The notes: a model not told the origin generated them from the sequence alone. Counted from the stretch's first letter, positions 10,785 to 23,695 are shown. The stretch: 64,000 nucleotides of DNA from Octopus sinensis (GCF_006345805.1 NC_042997.1:122264001-122328000); one strand, 5' to 3'. Numbers and translations: made by a program.

Positions 10785-11208
10785 TTCATTGGCTTGTCTT
10801 CAGCTTTGTTAGAGATAGGACAAAAGGATGTTAAAGCTATTTACACTGCGGATGATAGAATTCAATGAAATTTTAAACGAGTTCTATTACTAAATGAATG
10901 GTTATATGAATATTTAAATATATGTGTATATATATATATTTATCAGGGGCTATTAATTTTCACAAATGGATATAGGTCGAAGAAAATTATTTATCGTGCT
11001 ATGTCCAGGTGTACCTCAAGTTAGTATTGACATTCATCCCTTTGGCTCAGATAATAATAATAACGGCTTTGATTCAATATCCACTTGCAATTTGGAAAAT
11101 ATTTAGAAGCACACATTCCCAGATACGTACATACATACAGGTCTATATATATATATATAAGCTTATTAATTGGCTTGTCTTCAGCTTTGTTAGTGATAGG
11201 ACAAAATA

Positions 11209-12790
11209 ATGTTAAAGACACTTACCACTCTAAACTTTAGTTTGTCCATAAATAGTATATCATCTTCCCTTTCCACAACTAACCCACGTAAGACTGGTAG
11301 CCAGCAGCAAGCCCATTGCGGAAGGTTTAACGTGGTATACAAGTGCATTATCCACATGTTACGTTATTCTACTAGCTACTATATCGAGTCTACTATTAAT
11401 TTTAAAGAGAGATATTCTGCACATCTAAACTATTTGAAATATGAGAAACATAGCAAATCCACGTCCCTAGCCAACCACATACGCCATCTGATAAATAGGA
11501 AAGTACCATATAGGATATCCTGCGCCATAATAGGTTCTGGTGTCTCATAATATGGCCAGCGCTCCACATGTGTACTCTGCATGAAAGAAGCCCTCCAAAT
11601 ATTAATTCATAATTCACTGCAATTACCCAATTAAGAACGCGAAGCATTCTCTAGATTTAAGCATAAATTCTATCGCACCTTTAGATTCTTCCATAGGTCT
11701 TAATGCAAGGAAAATGAACACACATAATTTCCTATATGTATCCATGGTCGTTACAATATATGTACGTATTTCCTTTTCTTTTTCTTCTCAACATAAGTAG
11801 CTTCAATTCTTAAACTTTTTAATTTGATTTTTAACTTTTAATTTTTAAGTCTTTAATTTATATCTTTTATCCATTTAATTGTAGTTTTATCCTATGCATA
11901 CCCTCTTTAGCGAGACATCTGACTTTAGCTTTCCCTATTGACCACTGAACTAAATATTCTCTCTGACGACACCTAACCTAGAATTCATCAATGTAATTAA
12001 TAGAAATAATACCTCCTTCCTCCACATAACTAAAGACTTAACACCTGGCCTCTCATCCAGAACTTACATTTACGAAGAATAGTACTGGCATCTTATCTTT
12101 ATTTTTTTACATTTTATATTTGATTATTATTTTGATTTTTACTTTAATTTCGCTCTCATTCATTCTTTCCCAACCTATCCCATTTCTTTCTGTTCTCTCT
12201 CTTCTATTCACTCCATCACAATCCATTTCTGTCTATCTTGATGTCTGATTTTCTCACTCTATATACCCAGGTGGACCATTTCCCTACTAGTTAACCACGG
12301 ACAAAATACTGCCTGAGTTTACCTGGAATTTACCTAAGAGCATATACCGTCATAGAAGTAAAGACCAACCGCCATACCCTCTGGAAAAAGATGAATTCTG
12401 AACTTTATTCTTCTGTCTGTATTTTACTATCTACTTTTACTCTTTCATTCTTCTATTTTATTCTTTGTAATCTGTGAAGTTCCCTGTCTTGAAATTTCAT
12501 AAATATCACATTGTCTCTGATGATAGAATACCAAGAGTACGAACATACTAAACTATCAATTCGGATGAAGCTGTAAGAATTCGAATTCATCTTGTCCTAA
12601 ATGACTTCTGATATTCGTCCTGCCTTGTATTTTGTTGTCCTTTTCCCTCTAATATAATGTATACCTGTCAATATGGAAGCCTAATACGAATCCCTAGCTC
12701 CAGCCTCAACTTGGAAACTAACGGATGACAAATTATTGTACATATTCACCGTACTTATTCTTTTATACCACCAGTGAACTAAATACCTCA
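11209..12790 (+). mobile_element. Decayed PLE 3' end: GIY-YIG remnant (Naiad/Chlamys-like pattern) plus probable 3' UTR
   Basis: NVVYKCII..YYIESTINFKERYSAHL..KHSKSTSLANHIRHL..YRISCAII, then across a shift C.LC-MKEALQIL..REAFSRFKHK. Clade assignment and the 3' boundary are tentative. Confidence 0.65.
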
Positions 12791-13118
12791 TATTCTCTCT
12801 CCGCCCTCTCTCTCTCTCTATCTATCTCTACACACACACTTGCAAGGCGTTTCTCCTGAAATGTTTCTGGTGAATTTGCAAGTTTGACAAAGCTACCCTT
12901 TTTGTGTACCCTGGTTTGAGGTGGGATTATTTCGCACTTAAGATAAGAATTTGTCCAAATTTCATTTAAACACTTATACGTCTACAGCTCACAGATCACT
13001 GATGTTGTTTAGTGGAGTACTGAAATGTTGTGTGTCCTTGAATCTTAAGCTTTTACAGTGCTGAGTCGTTACTTAAGTCTGTGCTAGGCCTACAAGGATT
13101 ATCTTCTCATACACACAC

Positions 13119-13202
<84 letters not shown>

Positions 13203-14282
13203 ATATATATATATCACTGCATATATTTCGTGTTCTCTCGCCAAGGGGAGGGTGAGTTTCAGTCTTATTAGCCTTTCAAAATGAAAATATGCATATATTT
13301 CTCCACTCCCCGTCTCTCTCTCTCTCTCGATATATAATATATATGATTGACAAAGGCATTAAAATAAGTTATATTTTTGTGGAATACCTGGATTACATTT
13401 CATGTTTGTCTTGTGAAATCCACTCTCATACGATTCTGATAAATTAAGTAACATAAAAAGTGTTTAAAAGAAAATAAATTAAAACTATATTAAAGCAAAA
13501 TTTTAAAAATAAGTTGAAAATAATTAATGTAAATTCAGAACCTAAATAAAAGACCAGCAGGAAGAACGTCAACATCAATACTAATAATTAGTCAATATAA
13601 CTAATATAATTAGATAAAAATAAATGCTAAATAATATTAGGTACGTTAAATATACTAAATATATTGGAACAAGAAAGGCAGACCCACCTACTATTTAAGG
13701 TTCACTAATCAGTACTCTATTCATTTGAAATGATCTATAGGTTATTCTAAATATGTTCAGTTTAACATTAACTCTTTATTTAATGTTTGATTTGAATGTC
13801 AGGATAAGCAGTGCCTCCTCGAGACGTAAGTTGCATTTTAGTTTCTTTCCGATGTACGTCAGTGCACTACTCATTATATGCCGTTGAATATCACATTGAA
13901 GCTTCGGTCAGATTTACTTAAAAAGACAGTCCTCTTTTTTTCTATATACAAACGAATAAGTGTGATTACATAATCTTGACTTCAGATTCAGTTGCGCTTA
14001 TTTACTATTTTAATTGTAATAAAACCTTTTTAACATTTCGGGCATTATAATTAATAAATCATGGTTCATAATTCGTTGAAATTTTTGCCTCTTAAGATTT
14101 ACATACTGATAGTCTATCGCCCAATTTCACTCTATCAGAAAACAATTTTTTTTTTTTTAGGGAGTCTGCCTTCGGAACAGCCTTTCCTTCTGTGAATAAA
14201 TATTTTTCTTCGCTCCATACGTTTCGCAGATCATAGATATGAGTAAAGCATTATAAAATATTAAAAAGAAAGTGTGTTCGTG

Positions 14283-14345
14283 TATTACCTGAATGCTGCG
14301 TAATTTTAACATAATTGGACTTACCTGAAAAGAAAAAAAGAGAAG
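14283..14345 (-). promoter_or_regulatory. Candidate recursive splice site / 36-nt micro-exon (exon 14324 to 14289)
   Basis: Minus strand CTTCTCTTTTTTTCTTTTCAG|GTAAGT, then 36 nt to a second donor CATTCAG|GTAATA. Sequence pattern only; no transcript evidence. Confidence 0.35.
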
Positions 14346-14649
14346 CAACATTAATAATGCTACAAAAGCAATTCTATAATACATTATTGCAAAACAGCAT
14401 GAAATACAGATATTACACATATCAAAACCGTTAAACATGCGCTTGAAAAACACTTCAAAACTTGATTAGGTAGGAGTGTGTTTGACGTCGATCATTCAGA
14501 ATTTTGGCATGGTAGGGTTACAGCATTCGTATGATTTCCGTTAATTTCTCTGCAACACGTGGGGTTTTGCTATAGGTAGTATTATTTCGATAATAATTTT
14601 ATGTTAGTAGTATACAATGATTATAGTTTGTAAGAGTATACGTTGATGT

Positions 14650-14708
<59 letters not shown>

Positions 14709-14864
14709 TCTAATTATGGCTAATTTAAAGTGTTTCCAAGTAACGAGCTGTTTGGCCGTTTGATTACAATGGATTATGTAGTCACTTAGTTGTGAGGCCG
14801 TATTATTAGTTATTTGTTTTAATTATACATACATATCATAATTCACATCATCATTTAACGTTCG

Positions 14865-14990
14865 TTTCCCGAGATGGCATGGGTTGGACGGTTTCAATGG
14901 AGCTGGCCAGCCAGAGAGCTGTGCAGACACCAATTGTGTGTTTTCACATGGTTTCTTCCGTCGGATGACGTTTCTAACGCCAATCCCGTT
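14865..14990 (+). mobile_element. Decayed RTE-type retroposon 3' tail
   Basis: CATGGTTTCTTCCGTCGGATGACGTTTCTAACGCCAATC resembles the RTE-related tail motif CATGGTTTCTACGGCTGGATGCCCTTCCTAACGCCAACC as I recall it; not verified. Confidence 0.4.
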
Positions 14991-15642
14991 TTTAAAATTA
15001 TTTCTTTACGTTTAATAAGCAATTTTTTAAAATCAATATGTTTTATAGCCTTCACTTATTTCACAGCTTTTGATCTAAGAGAGTTTCTTTCCCCTGTATA
15101 TCATTCGAGGACGTTGCTTACGAGTAGTACTATTCCACTAGTCTTTATTTAGCTCTTTTTTGGTGTTATATTTGTTGGTGATGCGATGTTGTTTGAGAAG
15201 CAGAGAAGCTGGTAGACTATCATTGTTATAAAGTCTGAATTACCTTTTTGGAATGATTTTTCGTTATAAGTTATCATTATTTGTTTACACTAATGTTTTT
15301 GCTTGTAGCAATAAGCTGGTGGATTCCCAGTTAGTGTTTGTAATTTTAACAGTGTTGACACCACCGGATTGAATGGTATTGTTCAGGTCTCGAAGCCATA
15401 GTGATATCCAACTGACATCTGATGATGGGAATATGCATATGTTATGCTTGATTGTAAATTTATTATTTCTTAGTGACGTTATTCTGAGTGATCCTTCACT
15501 TTTTTAAATTGGAACATTTGTGGATACATAATTTGCGGAAATCACATCAGTACTGTTTGGTTTTCTGCACAGGTAATATTATTTCAGTTAGATTAGACTT
15601 GGATATTGTTGTCTAGGTTTGGGAGGTTCGGTGGCACACCCG

Positions 15643-15674
<32 letters not shown>

Positions 15675-17656
15675 CACTCATATGTATGTATGTATATATA
15701 TATATATAAACACACTCGTATGTATATATATACACACATACTCGTGTATATATATATATATATAAACGCATGCCAAGGTGTAGGCGAGGGTGTGTTACAT
15801 TTAACCAAATGTCAATAAATAAGTAGTAATTACAATAGGGAATATGCAGATTTTCTTTTACATACATTCTTGCTCTTAGCATTAAATTTCGTCTCTAAAC
15901 ACGTGCATTAAATTCTAAGATATAATAGATTTTATATACAACGATTCGTAAATAATTCATACTTAGACAGCATTTAGGAGAATCCCATCAAAATAATAAT
16001 AAACCTATTCAGGTAATTTTAATGTTAGGAGTCTTTTTGTTAAACAATGGTATGTAGTTAAGTGGAGAAATATTGAGCGCTAAAGTGAAGAATGAACCAG
16101 AATTTTTTATCTCAAAAATTTTCCCCACACTCATTTATATGATTGTACAAAATTTTCTATCAAACATTATATGAGACAGGTAACTGTAAGAAGTATTCCG
16201 AATAAATGCTGTATTAACAGGTGCCTTTGATAGCGTCTTAATCTCTGAAAACGGTTTTTTTAAATGTAGATTTGCTTTATTCTGTAGGGTGATATTTAGA
16301 AATTAGTAAGTTTTCAAGACTGGACGTTCCACATTATTGCAATGAAAAGTGTTAAGCGAAATATTGATCAAGTTATTGCACGTGAGCATATGAATCCTGG
16401 AGCAAAAATAAGTAAACTTATTTTCAGAGCATACATGAAATATCTAATCTGATTTAGACAGCTTATATTGTATGAGTGTAAGTTGCTATAACAAGTTGCT
16501 AAAACATTGTCTGCAAAATAGAGGTGGAAGTGGAGGGATGTGGCAATACAAGGGATTCTCAAAAAACATATTCTGATAGTAGCACCCGATGACAAAGTGT
16601 TGCACCTCAACTAAATACAACCGTGCGTCGGGATATACATTTTATCTTCATAATCAAAAACATTCGTTGAGAAAAGAAATGCCGATGGAGATCATTGAGC
16701 AGATTACCTAATATGGCTGGGAAAGAAGTAAGCTAAAAATAGAGCTATTATATAGGATATTCGTAAATTTCAGATACAAGGGTGTATAGCTTAAAATATC
16801 CCATATTATTCTACAAAAATATAAATATCATCTCATGGCCACACTTACACATATTTGTGTGTGTGTGCGTGCACACATGTATCGACATATTTACAAATGC
16901 ATTATATATATATATATATATTCAAATATGTATTAGATAAAGCTCAAGGTATGTAAACAAATTCGAACACACACACAAAATATGTGTGTTAGTTCGTGGG
17001 TCGACTGCAACTTTTTGGCGTAAGAGAATATATAGTGGATGCGCCTAGTGTAAACAAAAATCTGAAAGTATTTCGTAATGAAGCGAAACAACTCACATCA
17101 GATCTTTTGTCAGAGTAACAGACATGTTTTGTCGCTGTTATGACATCACGATGCCACGTATCGAACAAGTCCTGCTGCTGGCCATATCGCCGACTATGAT
17201 TATATGGCAAACGGCTTAAACTCCATCTGCTGGCATGTCCGAAGTAGTACAAGATGTTTATTCTGAGAATTGTGTGGCTATCACAGCAGGCTTTTCTTAG
17301 GAATCAGTTAACAGATTACACAATAATGACTTACAAAGAAAAGGTAATGTAATTTCAATGTAACTAAATTTAGTAAATCCGAAGATATATATAAAACCAT
17401 AAAATGAGGAGGTATATGGGGCGAATATATATGTACTTATGCCCTAACATAGAGGTTTACGGCCGTTTCACAGTATGAGGTCATTATATGTGCATCTTTA
17501 TTCATATGTCTGTTCAGCATTATATAACTGTATATTCGCAAATTAATGCAAAAGAAGAAATCCAGCTCATCAGATCACTGGAAAGCCATGGTTACACCAA
17601 GAAATCAGTTCTTAGATTTCTTTATTTGAATTACTTTCGAACATACAATAGTATAT

Positions 17657-18011
17657 ATTTCTTTGTTGCCCACACGGGGCTTAAAATAGAATAGACAAAC
17701 AAGGATATACAAAGGGATTAAGTCGGATACATCGACCCAGTGCATAACTGGTACATATTTGATCGAAAGGATAAATATATCTGACGGGCTCCTTTCAGTT
17801 TCTTATTTCTTTATTGCACGCAGAGGGCTAAACATAGATGGGGGTGGCAAAAAAGTACAGACAAAGAGATTAAATCGATTACATTGACCCCAGTGCGTAA
17901 ATGGTACTTAATTTATCGACCCCGCAAGGATGAAAGGCAAAATCGACCTCGTCAGAATTTGAACTCAGAACATTTCGCTCAGCCTGCTAACGTTTCTACC
18001 AGCTCGCTGCC
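17657..18011 (-). mobile_element. Two adjacent SINE family 3 copies (3' fragment 17657-17773, near-full copy 17805-18011), tail type 1
   Basis: Shared core TGGTACTTAATTTATCGACCCC..AGGATGAAAGGCAAA.TCGACCTC..AATTTGAACTCAG is the reverse complement of the plus-strand copy at 57957-58175. Confidence 0.85.
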
Positions 18012-18324
18012 CTAAACATACAAGTGTATTATATCGGAGCGGACAACATATTGAAAAGATATATTATGGTGTTAAAAGAGAGAGAGACTTTATTTTATTG
18101 CGTAGGTTCCATGTGGCAGATTGTCATATTCATGTCATGGTTTAAAGATTTTGCTACAGCTTATAATTGCATAGAAGATAGGGATCCGTTAAATATTTGC
18201 AGATAATACTGATTCTGTTTATCTCAAAGTGCAGGTCAGAGAGAGGTAAATTTTAGTGTTGGTAGTACAAGATTTTAGGAGATTTCCAATATTTTTAAGA
18301 GTAGAATTTAAATAGTTATATATT

Positions 18325-18325
<1 letters not shown>

Positions 18326-18363
<38 letters not shown>
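18326..18363. repeat. (CA)n microsatellite
   Basis: Directly visible. Confidence 0.97.
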
Positions 18364-18366
<3 letters not shown>

Positions 18367-19384
18367 GGACATATGTATGTATTTGTGTATGCTTGTATGT
18401 AACTACATTTTAGTATCTACAAATGCACACAAATTCTAACACGATGATGCAGTATCCATTAATATATCCACATATTAGGGAATATATAATTAACAGATGA
18501 AATCTAGAGATATTCAGTATAGAAGATACTTAGTAGTGTTGGAATGATTCAAACTTAGACCCCGATGTGTTTACAAGGGATAAGTTACACGGGGTAAAGA
18601 ATGGCTATAAAAAGGATCGAGTTGTGCAGACTTAGAGGCAGTTATGCGGATAAACAAATTAAATATATTAAACATAACGGCCTGGGTATGAAATACAAAA
18701 TATCCATATACGTATACATGCAAAACGAGAGAAATAAAGACTTCCAGGCGATGAATATTTAAGTATAAATATAGAGATATTCATATTAATAGATCCAATA
18801 TATATTTGTGTGTGTGTGTGCGTGTGTGTGTGTGTGTGTGTGTATGTGTGTGTATGTGTGTATGGCTGCCTGTTTGCATTTGAATTCACAATATAATTGG
18901 AGTATATATTTTACGAAAATCACTTTCATTTTCCATCTCTGGATTCAATATAATTTGTAACATATTTCCTTCAGGAATCTCTGAATTCTATTTTCCTTCA
19001 TATAATTTTTGATTTTTTTGCAATAAAAAGGTAATCAATATTGTTTTCCTAGGAAAATTAGATTATGAATTATCTGAGTATTTATATCTGTGAATTTATG
19101 GATATATGTACCTACAATTTTGATGCATGCCATTCGCTTCAAATTTATCAATAATTATATTTTAAGAATTAAGAATTATAGTCTAAATTTATTTTGTATC
19201 ACTTTTTAATATGATCACTAAAGCTTTGGTAAGTAGTAAACAAATTTATACCAACATATGGTCGAATTTTGTTTTTCTTTTACTTCTCAATATATGTATG
19301 GAATTGTAATGTATGGAATTTTAATCCGATCAAATTTGCAGATAACAAAATATAACACCACCACCACAACCTCCACCACTCCTA

Positions 19385-19410
19385 CTAATAATAATATAAC
19401 AAGAATAATA

Positions 19411-19462
<52 letters not shown>

Positions 19463-19620
19463 TGATAATGATGATAATAATGATAACCCTTCCTACTGAC
19501 GGCATAAGGCCATGAAATTTTGGGGAGGGGACTAGTCGATTACATCGAACCGGTGTTTCACAGGTACTTAATTATCGACCCCGAGAGGATAAAGGGCAAA
19601 GTCGACAGAAAATAATTATG

Positions 19621-19681
<61 letters not shown>

Positions 19682-19696
19682 TGATGATGATGATGA
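19385..19696 (-). mobile_element. SINE family 3 3' half (19487-19606, tail type 2) between two (TAA)n/(TGA)n tracts
   Basis: GGTACTTAATTATCGACCCCGAGAGGATAAAGGGCAAAGTCGAC core, with (TAA)n at about 19385-19486 and 19612-19696. Confidence 0.8.
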
Positions 19697-19953
19697 TTCA
19701 GTGCGACCATGAGATAGAGAATAGGAAGCCAGAGAGTCTTAATTGAGAAAGAAAACAAACTATGCTGGATCATAGATATAGCATGCCCAGCTGACAACAA
19801 GGAAGAAAGAAAATTCGATAGGTATGACAGGTTAGCTTGGGAGGTAAAGCAGTTGTGGTCGATGTAAAAGGTGGTAGTAGTACCAATAATTGTCGGAGCC
19901 CTGGGAACAGTGAGTAAAAATCTCGAGAAGTACATGAATCATATGGGGGCTGC
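19696..19953 (+). pseudogene. R4/Dong-clade non-LTR retrotransposon fragment (restriction-like endonuclease domain)
   Basis: IQCDHEIENRKP / VLIEKENKLCWIIDIACPADN KEERKFDRYDRLAWEVKQLWSM*KVVVVPIIVGALGTVSKNLEKY fits the PD..D..P..KY..L..LW..V.VVPI..GALG pattern of R4-clade RLE domains. It begins directly after a (TAA)n/(TGA)n tract. Confidence 0.85.
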
Positions 19954-20180
19954 ATTTAGATTTTGGGATCGATCCGGTATCCGACAAGGATTCTGGATTT
20001 TTTTCCTGTTTTCCTAATTAATGTTTGAGAGCGGTCGGGTTCATTTTTAGTATTCTCGTTTGTGAGAGCTGTTGAGTTTATTTCAGATATTCTCATTATA
20101 AAAATCATCTCTGACTAATCGTTCAGAGGACGTTGAAGTTGCTTTGACGGAGGTTTGCGATCTCTGGGTAATCTTATATG

Positions 20181-20395
20181 AGGCGGCAGAATAATTAGCA
20201 TGCCGAAGAAAATGCTAGGTGACATTTCCTCTGTCTCTATGTTCTGATTTCCGCTTCCACGAAGATCTGCTTTGCTTTTCATCCTTTTGAGGTCGATAAA
20301 TCACGTACCAAGAAAAGACTGGGGTCGACGTAATTGACTATTCCCCTCTCACAAAATTCCAGGATTTGTGCCAATAGTAGAAACGATTATTATCA
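20181..20395 (+). mobile_element. Diverged SINE family 3 copy, tail type 2
   Basis: CTTTGCTTTTCATCCTTTTGAGGTCGATAAATCACGTACC core and a GAAACGATTATTAT end. Confidence 0.7.
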
Positions 20396-21963
20396 TTAGT
20401 ATCTCTTTTTATCACAGGTTCTTTTAGAGCTCCTACAATCTTGCATGCGTAGCGGGATTACTACCTGCAGCCTACGGTACCATGCTATCCGTTTATATTC
20501 CTCTTGATTCCTTCTGTGACTCCCGTAGTGTAACGTATCATCTTTAAAACTAGGGAGTCACAGAATCGTTAGTGTCGAGAAAATTAACTTAAATATTTCG
20601 TCATATCCTTTATATTTCTAATTCCGAATCTCAGATAGGTCAGTTTTGTAATTCAACGTTGATGTATCAATAAAATTAGAATTGCAGAAATAATATGAAG
20701 TATAAAATGGAATAACGGTTTCCTCCCATACATTTTATGACCTAAAAAGTTGTCATTTTCATTGTCATTATCACATTAGTGTACTGGAAAAGACACCTCT
20801 ATGATAATTTCGGTGTACTTGGATTAAATATGGGGTCTCTCCTGATCAAGACTTTCAGTTGTTACTTTGATTCGCTGATATTTTCAAGGTAAACGCAGTT
20901 ACAAATAATTATCTTCTAATTGTTCAATGACACTTCGTTTATATAAACATGCGTTGGTTATTAGAGGAAACGGCCAAATATATTTCTGCAAATATTGTGT
21001 TTTACGTAGATTAAAATAACACACCAACGCTTAAACCTGCATTGACAAATTATACCAGAGTTGTTATGTAATGATATTTAAGATATATACCATGAGCTAG
21101 TAGTGGTTCTGAAATATAGTACAAGTAGATATTTTGAATTTCATTACATAAATAACTCTTGATAATCATAGCTTCATGCGAGCTTCGATGTACGTAAACA
21201 TGTGTGCGTACTTTGTGCGGCTCTGTGTATGTAGAAACATAGGCAACTATGTATATTGATTGTGATTTCATTTAAAAGTATTTTTACATATTTACAATTA
21301 AAAAGAGGAAACTTTTTAGCTTCCATCTAAAATAAATAACTAATAATATTCAGAAGTATATTCTGAGAACTTTTTAGCCTATCAACTAATATATAAACGG
21401 AATAGTGTATGTTAAGTACGTTATCTCACGAATCCATTCAGGGTTGGTCAAAAAATATTTATTGAAAGCATTATCTTTTTATTCCGTATAAAAGATAAAT
21501 GTTGATAACTTGGCAGTTTTATCTCTTTCTAAACTTCTTTTACTATCCCTGTTATACCATGCCAAAATGTTAATGGCGTCAATTTTGCTTGTACATCTTT
21601 TTGCAGTGCAATTTTAATTATGGTAATGGAGGTTAAATTCAGTGCAGCAACTCGACAGAATACAGCTTTTTCTCATATCAAATTTTTTTCCATGCTATTG
21701 TTGCACAGCGGACATATACCCGGAAGAAACTGCTACAACTTTAACAGCAGTATTGTGCGTGGGAAACCTACTTTAAATAATGAATGGGGAGATATTTTTT
21801 TCGCTTTTCCCATATAGATCTGTCGAGAGAAAATCGACTGTATGTATCTTGTTTATTCCTTATTGTTAAGAGAATAAACTAACAGAAAATCATTCCACAT
21901 GAAATGAATAAGATTAGGAGTATGGGAAATTTATCCAGAACAATCTCTTTCCGTGTGTGTATG

Positions 21964-22047
<84 letters not shown>

Positions 22048-22231
22048 GTAAGAAATGGAAAGAGAAATCTATGTACATTTTTATACATAGATATAATTGT
22101 CTGTTTGCAAGTTATGCATGTGTTTGAGATGGGTTTATATGTACATTTCTTTATTCCACCCTCTGCCTCTATCTCTCTCTTTATATATATATATATATTC
22201 ATTCATACATGCATATAAATGCTTACATATA

Positions 22232-23381
22232 CATTAGGTCATCCCAAAATTAATGTTTTTTTTAGACTTCTTTTATTATTCAAAACTATGAAATTCAAAT
22301 TATTTTTTAATCTAAAATATACTTCCCTTCATTTTCTACAACGCTCTTCTATCTATCTGGTAGAGTTTCAAGGCCCTTCTTCCAAAATTCGCTTGTCCGT
22401 AACGAAACATACTTCTCCACTACTGTTCTGACACGTCTACATAATTCATATTTTTCTGTCTAAATGACAATCAGAGAGGATCAATGTCCGGTGAATATGA
22501 TGGGTGGTGTATCGTTTCCCATTCAAACTGCTCCAACCTTTGTAATGTAATCCTCTCTGTGGCCGAGTATTATCCTGATGGAAGAAGACCTTTCATCTTG
22601 AAACCAAATACTGACTTCATCCGCTCCAGTTACTCGCACTAGGTCTTTGTTATCGTTCAGTTTAGGTTTAAAATTTTAATGTGCACTAAACCTTTCATAT
22701 CCCACCAAATATATAACAACTGACGTGGGTGAACACCTTCATTAGTCTGGGTTGTTTATCATTTGTCTTCAACGCTTGACATTTTTATGGCGAAACCATT
22801 TCTCGTAACCAGTCACTATTCGGTCGGAAGATGGTCTATTCGTGAGATGCGGCCGCAAAAAAGAGCACAAATTGACCCAATTTTCTGACTTTTCTGATGG
22901 TACCCAGGTGTCGATGAATGGTTGAATGACCAAATCCAAGCTTCTCTTCTAGTTCTTTTACAGTTACCTCGGGATTTTGGGCCACCAGGTTTAGCAGGAC
23001 AGGCCCCTATAGCTCTACAAATCTTCCAAGACGAAGCTTGTCTTTAGGATGTAGTTTCTGGCTCGGAATTCTGGAAACCACCGTTGACGCTCGCTTGCGC
23101 TTATTGTCCAATCGCCATATACAGCATCAATAATTCTCTCACTTTCCGTTGCATTGTTACTTTTGTTTGATTCATAAAGTAATATATGCTGGATATGCTC
23201 CTTTGTCAATTACATTATAGCTTTGAAAAAAGAACTGTTAAAATCGAACTCCACTCTACAAAACTTGCCCTAAGGATAAGGACAAGGTAAAATTACTATC
23301 TGCGTTAGTTAATTCCACCTCACTCTGACTTTTAGCTCATGCAATTAAAAACAACTGCACTATTTATGGGAGGACCCAATG
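22232..23381 (-). mobile_element. Decayed, internally deleted mariner transposon with both TIRs
   Basis: Minus-strand peptides MTKEHIQHILLYE..QRWFPEFRARNY, QNPEVTVKELEEKLGFGHSTIHRHL, IVTGYEKW, WWDMKGLVH, HHPSYSPDIDPSDCHL and FWKKGLETLPDR*KSVVENEGKYILD. TIRs CATTAGGTCATCCCAAAA (22232-22249, after TA) and the reverse complement of 23364-23381 match 15/18. Confidence 0.92.
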
Positions 23382-23384
23382 CAC

Positions 23385-23695
23385 ATATATATACATACAC
23401 AAACATACATGCATACATATAAACATACATATGTATATATAGACATACATGTATATAAACATATATATATATACACATACATGCATATAAACATATATAT
23501 ATATATACGCATACATGCATATAAACATATATATACACATACATGCATATAAACACACACATATATATATATACACATACATGCATATAAACATATATAT
23601 ATACATACATACATTCATACAAAATACATAATATACACTTACATACACGCATACATACATAATATACACGTACATACACGCATACATACATACGA
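23385..23695. repeat. Microsatellite-derived minisatellite, roughly 30-bp unit CATACATGCATATAAACATATATAT..
   Basis: About six recognisable units between 23400 and 23610, fading into (CATA)n. Confidence 0.9.

Noticed and set aside
12517-12580. CTGATGA near the end of the second PLE remnant as a hammerhead
   Set aside because: The expected GAAA reads GAAC and the stems do not close; at most a fossil.
13803-13825. 23-nt plus-strand micro-exon (AG..GAC|GTAAGT)
   Set aside because: Weak polypyrimidine tract, not a multiple of 3, and no supporting neighbouring exons.
15000-15600. Minus-strand LCFSNNIA as a decayed RT FADD motif
   Set aside because: A single weak motif; the flanking RT motifs were not recoverable by eye.
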